A DNA stretch of 64,000 bases from Pristiophorus japonicus (lineage: Eukaryota). The stretch spans positions 620,001-684,000 of the forward strand of contig NW_027252669.1 of assembly GCF_044704955.1 (NCBI RefSeq), written 5' to 3'. Positions 1 to 10,389 of the stretch are shown here, one piece after another. The notes beneath the pieces were generated by a model that was not told the DNA's origin, did not search any database, and saw only the letters and a program-made list of their open reading frames with translations. The position numbers and the translations under genes are program-made. Each line of letters starts with the position of its first letter. Positions within the stretch are counted from its first letter, which is position 1.

Positions 1-109
1 ATATTGGCAAAACTTAAACATTATAAATCGGTTGGTTATCAGCCGGGTCTATGCTAGGAAGGATAAAGGTTAACGAACCTGGTTACTGCTGATATGGGTA
101 ACTCTCGAT

Positions 110-1140
110 TCTGGTTTGTGCGGATTACTGAAACAGCTGTGGTTTATTGGTCAGATACTGAAATCTCGGTCTACACCGTAAAGTTACAGAGAGGGTCGAT
201 GATGCTGTTGCAATAGATGTGTTATATATAGATGTTCAAATGGCATTTTATAAACTATCTCATGTAAGAATGATTCGGAAAATAGAAGCACATGTGATTA
301 AAGGGATGGAGGTAACTTGGGTATTTAATTGGCTGCGGGAGAGGAGGCAGTGAGCAGTGGTGAACAGATGTTTTTTCTGACAGAAGAGTAGTGGGGTCGC
401 CCATTGATCGGTATGAAGAACATTGCTTTTCCTGTTATATATATAAATTACCTGGACTTGTTATCGGGAATACAGTTTACAAGTTCACGGATGATGCAAA
501 CTTGGCAACGTGGGAATGTGTGAGCAGGATGGCAGCGGACTTCAGGAGTGCATCGACAGATTGGTGAAATGGGCAGGCACATGGCAGATACAATTTAATG
601 CATTTTGGAGGAACAACATGTAGAGGCAATATAATCCAACAGGCATTAATTTGAGGGAGGTGCCAGAGCAGAGGGTCCAGGGAGTACATATTCACATCTC
701 TTTGAAGGTGACCGGGCAAGTTGATAAGAAGTTTACTAAATTGTATGCGTTATTGCCATTGTAAAAGGGGCCTTGAATAGAGAATCACGGGTGTCATGCT
801 AAACCTTTACAAATCACTGGTTAGACATCGGATGCAGTAGTGTATACAATTCTGACCTCCACAATTTAGAAAGGATGACAAGGCCCCAGAATGATACCAA
901 GGACCAGAGACTTCAGTTAGGTGGAAAGATTAGAAAAGCTGGGATTGTGAATTAAAGCAGTGAAAATTAATTGGAGGCCGAATAGAGGTATTCAAAATTG
1001 AGAGAGGTTTTGTCAAAGCAAGTCAGGAGAAACGATTTCCAATGGTGATTACGTCGTTAACCAAAGGTCACAGATTTAAAATAATTGGCAAAAGAACTAG
1101 AGGGAAAATGAGGGGATTTTTTTTTAAAAGAGAGGGATAA
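110..1140 (+). mobile_element. Decayed CR1-clade LINE fragment (RT region to near 3' end)
   Basis: Degenerate RT-region sequence (e.g. aagttcacggatgatgcaaactt = K-F-T-D-D-A, like KFADD) and downstream segments homologous to better preserved CR1 copies in this window; many stops. Confidence 0.7.
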
Positions 1141-1864
1141 GTTCTAGAAACGCTTCATCATGTTGAACACCTCTATCAGATCTATGTTTATTGTCTGTTA
1201 TAATGAAATTGAACATTTAAAATAAAGGGTCTGAGAAATTTGGCTCAAACAATACAATTGGATACCGTTACAGAGTCTGAAAGATTATTGTGAATGGCAA
1301 TTCATCGCAGGCTGAATGTATCTCTTTAAATGCTTCACAGAAATGCAGTTCAGTTACTGTGTGCCTTGTGTTGTGACCCAGTCCAAAAGCTGCATCTGAC
1401 CTGCGTCTGTCCCTACCTGGTGCATTAAAAAAAAACAATTGAACAAAATGCTGATTTCAAACATAACGTTCCCATGATGGTTATTTGAAGCAGGAGTTCG
1501 ACATTCACCAGTTAAATTGTCAAATTAACTTCCAGCCTACCATCAGATCAGAACAGGCGCTGCTTTCTGGACCATTTCAACCTTTTCCAGAAACTGTTTG
1601 TTCTGAAATTGAACTCAAGATCAGGCCAATCTCATTCAATCATTATTTAATACTCAAAATGTTTAACGTTTAGCAATTCATCAAAAAGGAAGCAGTTATT
1701 TTGCGATAAGGTTAAACTCAATTAATGCATAGTTGTTTCATTGGAGCAATGAAAATATTTATTTGAACATATCTGGCTTGCTAACTCGAACTTTATTAGT
1801 TGGATGCAAATTAAGGCTCCTTGAATGCCCCTGGATAAAGCATTTTCAGGTCATTATATTACAA

Positions 1865-3270
1865 ATAATATCGAGTAAAGCTCCCTCTGCACTCTATGCT
1901 CAGCTGTATCAAGGGATTGATTTCGAGAAAAGCCATGTCAATACTGCACTGTCAAACAGTCCAGATAAGGTAGCGCACTAGTTAAATAGAGTGCAGAGCT
2001 CCATCTACTCTGTCCCACCAAACACTACCACGGCAGATAGAACACGAGTTAGATAAAGAGTAAATGTTGCCTCTACACTATCCTATCAATGAGTCACGGG
2101 ACAGTTACAGCACGGGTTAATACAGAGTTAAGCTCCTTATACATTGCACAATCAGACTGACCCAGGGCAGCTACAACACGGGTTAGATACAGAATAAATT
2201 CTCACTTTGCACGATCCCATCCAACACTCCCAGTGTCCCAGGGCAGATACAGCAATGGTTAAATACAGAGTAAAGCTCCCTCTACACTGTCCCATCAAAC
2301 ACTGCCAGGGCAGGTACAGGGGGTTAGATACAGAGTAAAGCTCCCTCTACACTGCCGCATCAAACGCTCCCAGGGCAGGTACAGCACGGGATAGATACAG
2401 AGTAAAGCTCCCTCTACACTGTCCCATCAAACACTCCCAGGGCAGGTACAGGTGGTTAGATACAGAGTAAAGCTCCCTCTACACTGTCCCATCAAACACT
2501 CCGACGGCAGGTACAGCATGCGTTAAATACAGAGTAAATCTCTCTCTACTCTATCCCATCAAACAATCCGAGGGCAGGTATCTCCGGTTAGATGCAGAGT
2601 AAAGCTCCCGCGACACTGTCCCATCAAACACTGCCAGGGCAGGTACATGGGGTTAGATACAGAGTAAAGCTCCATCGACACTGTCCCATCAAACACTCCC
2701 AGGGCAGGTACAGCACGGGGTTAGATACAGAGTAAAGCTCCCTCTACACTGTCCCAACAAACACTCCCAGGGCAGGTACAGGGGGTTGGATACAGAGTAA
2801 AGCTCCCTCTACACTGTCCCATCAAACACTCCCAGGGCAGGTACAGGGGGTTCGATACAGAGTAAAGCTCCCTCTACACTGTCCCATCAAACACTCCCAG
2901 GGCAGGTACAGGGGGTTAGATACAGAGTAAAGCTCCCTCTACACTGTCGCATCAAACACTCCCAGGGCAGGTACAGGGGGTTAGATACAGAGTAAAGCTC
3001 CCGCTACACTGTCCCATCAAACACTCCCAGGGCAGGTACAGGGGTTTAGATACAGAGTAAAGCTCCCTCTACACTGTCGCACCAAACACTCCCAGGGCAG
3101 GTACAGGGGGTTAGATACAGAGTAAAGCTCCCTCTACACTGTCGCACCAAACAGTACCGGGGCAGGTACAGCACGGGTTAAATACAGAGTATAGCTCTCT
3201 CTACACTGTCCCATCAGGACTCCCGGGACAGGTATAGCACGGGTTAGAAACTGATTAAAGCTCCTTCTAC
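1865..3270. repeat. 65/67-bp tandem repeat array (~21 units) in the J-C intron
   Basis: Unit tacagagtaaagctccctctacactgtcccatcaaacactcccagggcaggtacagggggttaga recurs at 2791, 2856, 2921 (period 65); a gcacggg variant gives 67 bp; homogeneous core ~2260-3270, degenerate edges. Confidence 0.95.
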
Positions 3271-6200
3271 AGTTTAACAGAAGTGTTTTTGAACTTCTGC
3301 TTCTGAATGCCACAAATTGCGTTATTGGTCCCATTTGTGAGGTGCCTTCACAAACTTAACCTGAAACTGTCACATTTTTCACAGATACAAGCTTCTCAAA
3401 TAAATGAGTCGAATTGTACTCAACGAAATACAAGAGGACAAACCGGAAGGTCTACAGCCAATCAGGAGGGCTCCTGATTCTCACACAGTGAGCAGGCGCA
3501 CTGAAAGAGAACAGGCACAATCTTGCTCTCAGCAGATAGATTGTTCCATCTGTCATTTTCAATAAAGCTGATTTACAATTGGTCTCTTGTCAATTTCCGA
3601 TCATCTCAAAAGTGCACGTTTTAAAAAAAATTAAACTGATATTAAGTTGGAAAACTTTCTTCGACTTCCAATCATGTCTCCCTCCATCTCCACAATCGTA
3701 CAAATCCTGAAAGCAATTATATCGAAATAATCTACATTCCATGGTAATTTGCTGCATTTTATCGGGACTCTCTTTCAGAGTAGGAATTTAACATACCAGG
3801 AAACAGTTACATTGAAAACCGATTAGCCACTGGTTCAATATGATTTCATAATTAAATATAACCTGTAAAATCATCGAGGCAAAACACGAAGTTAATTCAT
3901 TAAAATCTGCGGCGACACCTTATCCATCTGAACAAAACTGAGTAAGACAAGTCTTGTTTACTAAGTTAATCTTAGACATAATTTAAAATTTTCGCCAACC
4001 CGAGAGATGTTGCAGTAACTCTAATCCTGTCCAGTATACATCGCAATTGTGGGAGGTCATTAATGGTTAATGAGTTCACACTGATATTATACGCTAAAGT
4101 AATATTGATGTTTGCTGATGTAATACTGCATTATAATAAAATTAGTATATATTCATTTTAATCCTGTTCCTGCTTCGTAACGTGTGACATATGAGCGTTT
4201 CAATTAAGTTAATATGGCACTTATCAATTTTAACATATTAAGAATCATATTAAAATATGAAGACATTCAGACTAATATATTATGTTTACTTGATTCAAAT
4301 CACATTTGAATAAGTTAAAATGATCAGGAGCTTCCAATATATTCCCGCTCTCTAGCGACACATGTAAACTCTGCATGTTTCTGAACTCTCTGATACAACA
4401 TAAACTCCCTCTTTTCTCAGAGTGGATTTCACATGATGGATTTAGGAGTGGACTATTTTAAATAGTTCAACGTCTGGCCGTTGTTACATCTCACTAACTA
4501 TCGATGGGCTGTAACGCTGTATGTTTTCTAAATCAGGGCCCTCCAGTTTAAACATTATCCTCATTCTTAATTGCAAAATATATTTTATGAAGTCACAGGC
4601 AACAGACAAGTGTGCAGTCGGTAACATAAAATCCGCTATTTAATAACATAGAGAATTCTTTTTTATATTTTACTCCCGTAATTCACACAATGCCCGTAAA
4701 TTAATTATTAAGCTATTTATTGAAACTACTTTCCAGAATGATCAACGTAATATTGGCGGGGAAGAATTCATTCAGGCCATCTGCGACACTGACATTTCAT
4801 GAGCAAATGGAGGAGAGATTTTGGTGATCAATTTAACATGAACCACAGTTAAACATAACTCTTAAATGTAATGTGTTCACTCTCTATAATTCTACCCCAT
4901 ATGCAGCACAGCTATGGGAGACTGGATGTTGTTATTCAATTCAAAAATAACATTGACCTTATGGTAATTAAATTAATCAGCTTGACTTTGAATGAGTTGT
5001 GTGTCTGTCAGTCTGAACTTTCCTTGAATTTAAATAGAATCATATGAACAATACTCTGACTGCCAGCGACGTCTAACGCTCAGGCTATCATCTTACAAAC
5101 GGTACAGATTAGTTTAGTGATAATTGTCTCGCTATGAAAGAACAAATTTAATTGAAGAAATTACATAATTTTAGAATTTAATAACCCGTCAGATTTATGA
5201 CATTTACAAACTGTAATTTACAACTCGCATTTAATTGATAATTGAATACAATCTGTTGTGGATCTGTGTAAAACAGGGAGATAATTAATTTCAGACCCTC
5301 CTTGAACTGCGGTGGAATCAGTATGCTGTTATTAAAATCATTTCAGACCGAATCAGAAATTGTCGCCAGCCTCTAAAATTTTCTGCTCACGTTAATTGTG
5401 ACCAGTGCGCAGCAGAATTGTGGGATGCGAATAATGGTTAATACAAGAATATTAATTGCATCGCATATTTAGTGATATTGGGCAATATTACCGCATTATA
5501 ATTGTTTGAGTTATATTAATTTAACTGCCCTTCAACCTGCAAATTTTTAATCGTATAATTCGAAATTACAGCAATATTTCATGGATTAAATGTGTGCATC
5601 ATAAAGCATAGGTTAATAGTTGAACCTGTAATTCTCACTTAAATAATAAGATGGAGAACATTATTTAGTAACGATTTTTGATTTATAATACCTACTTTTT
5701 GTCTGCCTACAATTATCTTTGAAACAGTTTTAAACGGATCATAAAAACTTGCAGCAGTTTGATGTCATTGAGATAAACATCGCACAAAAGACAAACAGTT
5801 TCACAAAAGTTTTGTTGTTCAAAGTAACCCAGACACACTCTCTGCTCAGCAGCTAAACAGCAAACCACAGCACTGAGCGGTGAGTACAACAACACAATGT
5901 TTTGTGGAGAAGCAGCTTAATTCTATAAACGGTTTCAGTGGAATCAAAAGTAACATTGCCAAAACATGTCAATGCAGTATCCAGCGAGCCCGTCTATCAC
6001 TGAACGAATTAATTATTGAAATAAATAGAAATATAAAATAATGAGAGCAGAATTGTGATTAGATGGATCATGTTAATCAATTAATATTGACATAGGATAT
6101 TGTTGTGCTATTGCGTGCTATTTCTATTAATTTGTATTAAGTTCAATCTGATTCATATCACAAATATATTAATTATATAGTTCTTCATTACAGTAACATT

Positions 6201-6694
6201 TCACATATATGAGCATTCGTCAACTTTTGATCAATAAATGACATTGCAATTATCAAAAAATAAAACACAATACAATATCTTACATTTACTTATAACATCT
6301 AAAGCATTCTGTTTCTGCCTATAACCATCTTTCAAACACATTTAAATATAATATTTGCATTTGATCAGAAAACATGCAGCAATTAGATGTTGCAGAGACT
6401 GAGCATGGCAGAAACACCAAAGGATTTAACAACCATTGGGTGTTTGAAGTAACCCAGGCACAGAGTCCCATCGGCAGATAAACACCAAATCACACCAATC
6501 TGGGGATCAATCCCTCAACAACATGTTCTGTGGAGAAGCAGTTTCTTTCCATAAAAGCATTGCAGCAGAATCAAATGAAACATAGCAAAAAATCTCAATA
6601 CAGAACCCAGCGAATCAGTGAATTATTGAAATAAACAGATATATACAATAAGGACACAAATTCCACAGTTGCTGAAAGAGTGAATGTTTCTTAC

Positions 6695-6742
6695 CTGCTG
6701 TCACTGTCACCATGGTGCCTTGTCCCCAGTAGCCGAGAGCGT
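6695..6742 (-). CDS. IGHJ: Immunoglobulin heavy-chain JH gene segment (ALGYWGQGTMVTVTA)
   Basis: WGQGT motif in open frame; phase-1 splice donor G|GTAAG at 6695/6694; flanked by a 23-RSS. Confidence 0.97.
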
Positions 6743-6781
6743 CACAGTGTTACATTCCCTGGGCTGGGTCACACAATAACC
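6743..6781 (-). promoter_or_regulatory. JH recombination signal sequence (23-bp spacer)
   Basis: + strand CACAGTG 6743-6749, spacer 6750-6772 (23 bp), nonamer ACAATAACC 6773-6781. Confidence 0.95.
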
Positions 6782-7102
6782 GGCACTGCGTAATACAGAC
6801 AGCAATCCAACATTAGTTTAAATATTCACATCCCAGAGGCAAAGTAAAACCACAATGGATCTTCTAAAATGATAAATGTATTAATGGATATTGTTCACTC
6901 TTTATAAATGCACTGGTGTTATATATTTCACAGAGCAACCCGTGAACAGTTCATGAAATTAACAACTGATCAATGAATAATGATCAGTTTATCCATATTA
7001 AACTGTGCTGGTAGGAAAGTGCTGGACATAAATAGGACTTCACTGCAGATACAGTGGATTGTGAAAGCAGCACTGACCCAGACTACTCAATTAGTGCTGA
7101 GG

Positions 7103-7171
7103 GGTTTTTGTATTGACAGTAATTGCTGTGCCACCCACTGTACCACAGTGAGACACGCCGTGCCAAATACT
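7103..7171 (-). other. IGHD: DH2 segment (coding 7131-7143, GTACAGTGGGTGG) with 12/12 RSSs
   Basis: GGTTTTTGT 7103-7111, 12 bp, TGCTGTG 7124-7130; CACAGTG 7144-7150, 12 bp, CCAAATACT 7163-7171; open in all three frames (VQWV/YSGW/TVG). Confidence 0.95.
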
Positions 7172-7391
7172 TCAGCTGACAGTTAACTGTAAAATACAGA
7201 GACTAAATTGCACAGTGCTCTAAAAAACTTCATTCCAACTCCCATAAGAGTGCAGCAGCCAGATATTTCAAGTTGTGCTGGTCATTTTACTAATCTATTT
7301 TACTTCGACCCATTGCTTTTTTTCAAGCCTCGTTTGCTTCGAATCTCCTACGGTGGCAATGATCGCAGGCGTGAGCAAACTCCGTGTGAGG

Positions 7392-7472
7392 GTTTTTTGT
7401 ACGAGGCACTCGCCGTGTACAACACCGTGACCCCGCTGTTGTACCACAGTGGCAGAGACCCGCACAAATACT
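7392..7472 (-). other. IGHD: DH1 segment (coding 7430-7444, GTACAACAGCGGGGT) with 12 (V side)/22 (J side) RSSs
   Basis: GTTTTTTGT 7392-7400, 22 bp, CACCGTG 7423-7429; CACAGTG 7445-7451, 12 bp, ACAAATACT 7464-7472; frames VQQRG/YNSG/TTAG. Confidence 0.95.
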
Positions 7473-7823
7473 CTACTCATTCTCTGATTAACGCTGGCAG
7501 AAAAGAAATTGCTCAATCAACAGAAAGATTTGTCAGATTTTGATTGTCAAATGATGATTCTTTCTAAGAGCGCAGAAATGGACCAAAATCCTGCCCATAG
7601 TTACAATATTAAAGCTTTCATTGAATCCTCGTTGTTAATCCTGGACACAGTAACGATAAACCATCTTCATCTATACAAAGTTAGTTAATGTGCATTTTAT
7701 TCTTAAACAGTTTATTGCTGCAGCAATTACATTCTTGCAATCTAGGTTAAACACATCTCTTGATATACTTTACACCGTTACTGACCTAGAATTCGATGGC
7801 AGTTGCTACAATTGCTCTCATTC

Positions 7824-7862
7824 AGTTTCTGTACGAACCCAACACGGGTTCGGGTCGCTGTG
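7824..7862 (-). promoter_or_regulatory. VH recombination signal sequence (23-bp spacer)
   Basis: Minus strand CACAGCG (7862-7856), 23-bp spacer (7855-7833), ACAGAAACT (7832-7824). Confidence 0.93.
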
Positions 7863-8165
7863 GGTGGCTTGCACAGTAATACATGGCGGTGTCTTCGGTT
7901 CTCAGATTCTTGATCTCGATGTAGGTTGTGGAAGATGCACTTGAAGGGATGATCCGACCTTCCACTCCAGGCGCGTAATATGTGCTACTGCCAGCTTTAT
8001 AGTAAGCAAGCAGCCACTCCAGCCCCTTCCCGGGAACTTGTTTAACCCAGTGCATGCGGTAGCTGTCCGGATCGAACCCGCTCACTGAACAGGACAGTTT
8101 GTGAGATTCTCCGGGCTTCATCGACACAGAAGCCGACTGGGTCAGCACGATTTCGGACTGGACAT
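7863..8165 (-). CDS. IGHV: Immunoglobulin heavy-chain VH exon, probably IgW class
   Basis: Open frame ..VQS|EIVLTQSASVSMKPGESHKLSCSVSGFDPDSYRMHWVKQVPGKGLEWLLAYYKAGSSTYYAPGVEGRIIPSSASSTTYIEIKNLRTEDTAMYYCASH with canonical Cys, Trp and YYC; acceptor ..cactgacag at 8166. The IgW assignment rests on recalled similarity of the leader and framework (confidence ~0.65). Confidence 0.97.
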
Positions 8166-8287
8166 CTGTCAGTGAATGAAATAAATTGTAATTACTTTCG
8201 AGAACATTCACATCAATGAATAGCAATAAAAACACAATATCTGAAGCCGCCTTGTATTGTGTCACGGAAGCAGCGAGGAATACTCAC

Positions 8288-8333
8288 AGGTGAAGCAGGC
8301 CAGAAACAAACAGAGACAGGGGGCAAGTCCCAT
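8288..8333 (-). CDS. IGHV: VH leader (signal peptide) exon MGLAPCLCLFLACFT
   Basis: ATG at 8333, 46 nt, phase-1 donor GTGAGTA at 8287; a 122-bp intron joins it in frame to give MGLAPCLCLFLACFTYVQS. Confidence 0.92.
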
Positions 8334-8445
8334 CGTCGGGTCTCTCGGTGTAACTGACTCGGGAAGGTGTCTCGGCGCCGCAACACCGCCTCCTGATTGT
8401 GAACCTGGAGCTGGGTCCCGCTATTTAAACTGTCCGGTCCCCTGT

Positions 8446-8478
<33 letters not shown>

Positions 8479-8530
8479 GGGGATGGGGACTGGGAGTCAC
8501 CCGCCTCCCCCAGCAGCAGACTGACTCCTC
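8334..8530 (-). promoter_or_regulatory. Putative VH promoter/5'UTR: TATA-like TTTAAATA (8429-8422), (TG)14 microsatellite 8443-8470, no octamer
   Basis: Position immediately upstream of the leader ATG; GC-rich with TGACTC half-sites; no ATGCAAAT, consistent with shark IgH promoters. Confidence 0.55.
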
Positions 8531-8739
8531 CCCTATTTTCCTGTCTGAATCCAGCTGTGTAAAATATAATACATCATTAATAATCCGTGTTTTCTGTACA
8601 TTACCCAAAATTACCTTGACTTTGATTGCCGATATACTGCTGGGGATTATATACCGAATACTGAAAAGATTTTAAGTAGAACACTGAATCAGTGTCAGGA
8701 TTTACATTCCCCACAAACAGCCCACACTGACTCCGTGTC

Positions 8740-9020
8740 CAATTCCTCTCAGGTGGATGTAAAATATCCCATCGCATAATTTCGAACAAGAGCAGGGGAG
8801 TTCTTCCCTGTGTTTGTTCAATAATTATCCCTCAACAAACTTCACTAAAATATAATTTCGTCATGTATCACGTTGCTGTTAGTTGGATCGTGCTGTGCAC
8901 AAATTGGCTGCCGTGTTTCCCTCCATTACAACAGCGATAACACTCCAAAACGTAGTTAATTGTCACGAAAGAGCACCCTGTTTTCGAGAAAGCAGCTATA
9001 TAAATGGAAGTCTTTATTTT
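8740..9020 (+). mobile_element. Deu-domain SINE (SacSINE1/AmnSINE-like) fragment
   Basis: Core ...tgctgtgcacaaattggctgccgtgtttccctccattacaacag... typical of the Deu domain; reverse-complement copies at 28.2, 51.8 and 55.2 kb. Confidence 0.7.
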
Positions 9021-10389
9021 TGTGATCGGCAACTGCTTCTGGGATGGATATGCTTCCCGGTTATACAGCAGGGAAAGCTAAGTTAGGGAACAACATTACA
9101 TTTTATCAGATAGCATCCATCGCGCCTGTGCAGCTCCACACTTAATACAATCGTTCCTGACCCAAATCGGGCACTGGATCTCAGTCCACCCGTGTGAAGA
9201 CTGTTACTTAATTTCACGCTGAGCAATTCTAAATGTTAAAAGTGAAGATCTACACCTATCTGTATAATTGTGAGGAGTTCGCACAGTCCGCCCAAAGCTA
9301 TCTGGGTGAGAATTAAATCACACTGCCTCGCTCTCTAATCGAAATTACATTACTGTCCCACCGACCATGGAAATGTCCTCAACACTAAAGATTAAACGGT
9401 GTCAATCAGTGTGAACCGATTATCCGTAGCTTTGGGATATTATTGGTTTGAGGTAACATTTTTAATTTGCACCTGGAAAGGGAAATCATTATAATAAATG
9501 CTTTAATTGAGTGTCGCCATTGTGCAGTTTGATTCGGTGCTGACCTTAACCCAGCTATGGCCAGCTGTTGTGATGCCAAGTGTATGTCTCTCACAGTTGT
9601 ACCAGAGCGTGTTTTATTTAAAAATATAAAGGCTATCAATAACAATTAGATCAAAACTTGAGTAACTAGAATTCCCGGTCAGAGGCTTAATCAATGGGAC
9701 TGTAACGCGGCAGACTGCAGCTCAAGGGGTCAAGTATAAATTATCAAAGGAACCAGGAATTGTGATATGGATTATTTCGATCTTTATATCTGTACCTCTA
9801 TATGTGTGTGTGATACCAGCACAGGCATCAATTGCCGTCTGCTGGATTGTAATAGAACAATCCAGAGAAGATTTGTCCTTCATTAATTGATGCATCAAAT
9901 GCTTTGCATTGCTCTAATTATATTGTCTTCTGTACTGCACATGTCATACACGAAACATCATGTTTTTAAGGCCATGCCATCAAAAATATATTTTAGATGG
10001 ATGTTGCCTACTGATTCAGTAGTCGAAGAATTAACTTCCAAGTTGATCCCACCCACGCACAGTCCATATCTCTCCCACACATTTTGTCACAGAGATCCAT
10101 AATTTCACCATCAGTGACGGGCGAGAACTCACAATGTAACTTGCAGGAAACATCTGCTGGTTTGATGCAGAAAAACAACTAGCTGTTTCCCGCCCGCTGA
10201 GCAGAGATAGAAAGCCAACTACAACCACCTGTGAATGGAACCTATTTGTACACAAATCTGCCCAGCAACAATATACTCGTACTGGCAAGGAACATCCCCA
10301 TTGGTAATATGGAGATAATTTCAAATGACTTGTTATACCAGGGAATGATTCCCAGATCCTGCGACCTATCTGAGCCACCAGAATCCACA

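Noticed and set aside
2260-3270. CRISPR-like array or cryptic RSS array (CACTGTC in each unit)
   Set aside because: Head-to-tail repeats without unique spacers in a vertebrate genome; no nonamer at RSS spacing
3484-3525. Isolated CACAGTG as an extra RSS
   Set aside because: No nonamer at 12 or 23 bp and no adjacent D/J coding sequence
1-6694. Ig constant-region exons
   Set aside because: No C1-set Cys/Trp pattern with splice sites found by eye; the C exons presumably lie beyond position 1
7392-7417. Alternative D1 heptamer CGCCGTG (7411-7417) giving a 12-type RSS
   Set aside because: The spacer to the nonamer is only 10 bp
7822-8265. ORF-track start (MTQYKAASDIVFLLL...) as the VH N-terminus
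   Set aside because: It reads through the leader intron and the RSS; a proper spliced leader exists at 8333-8288
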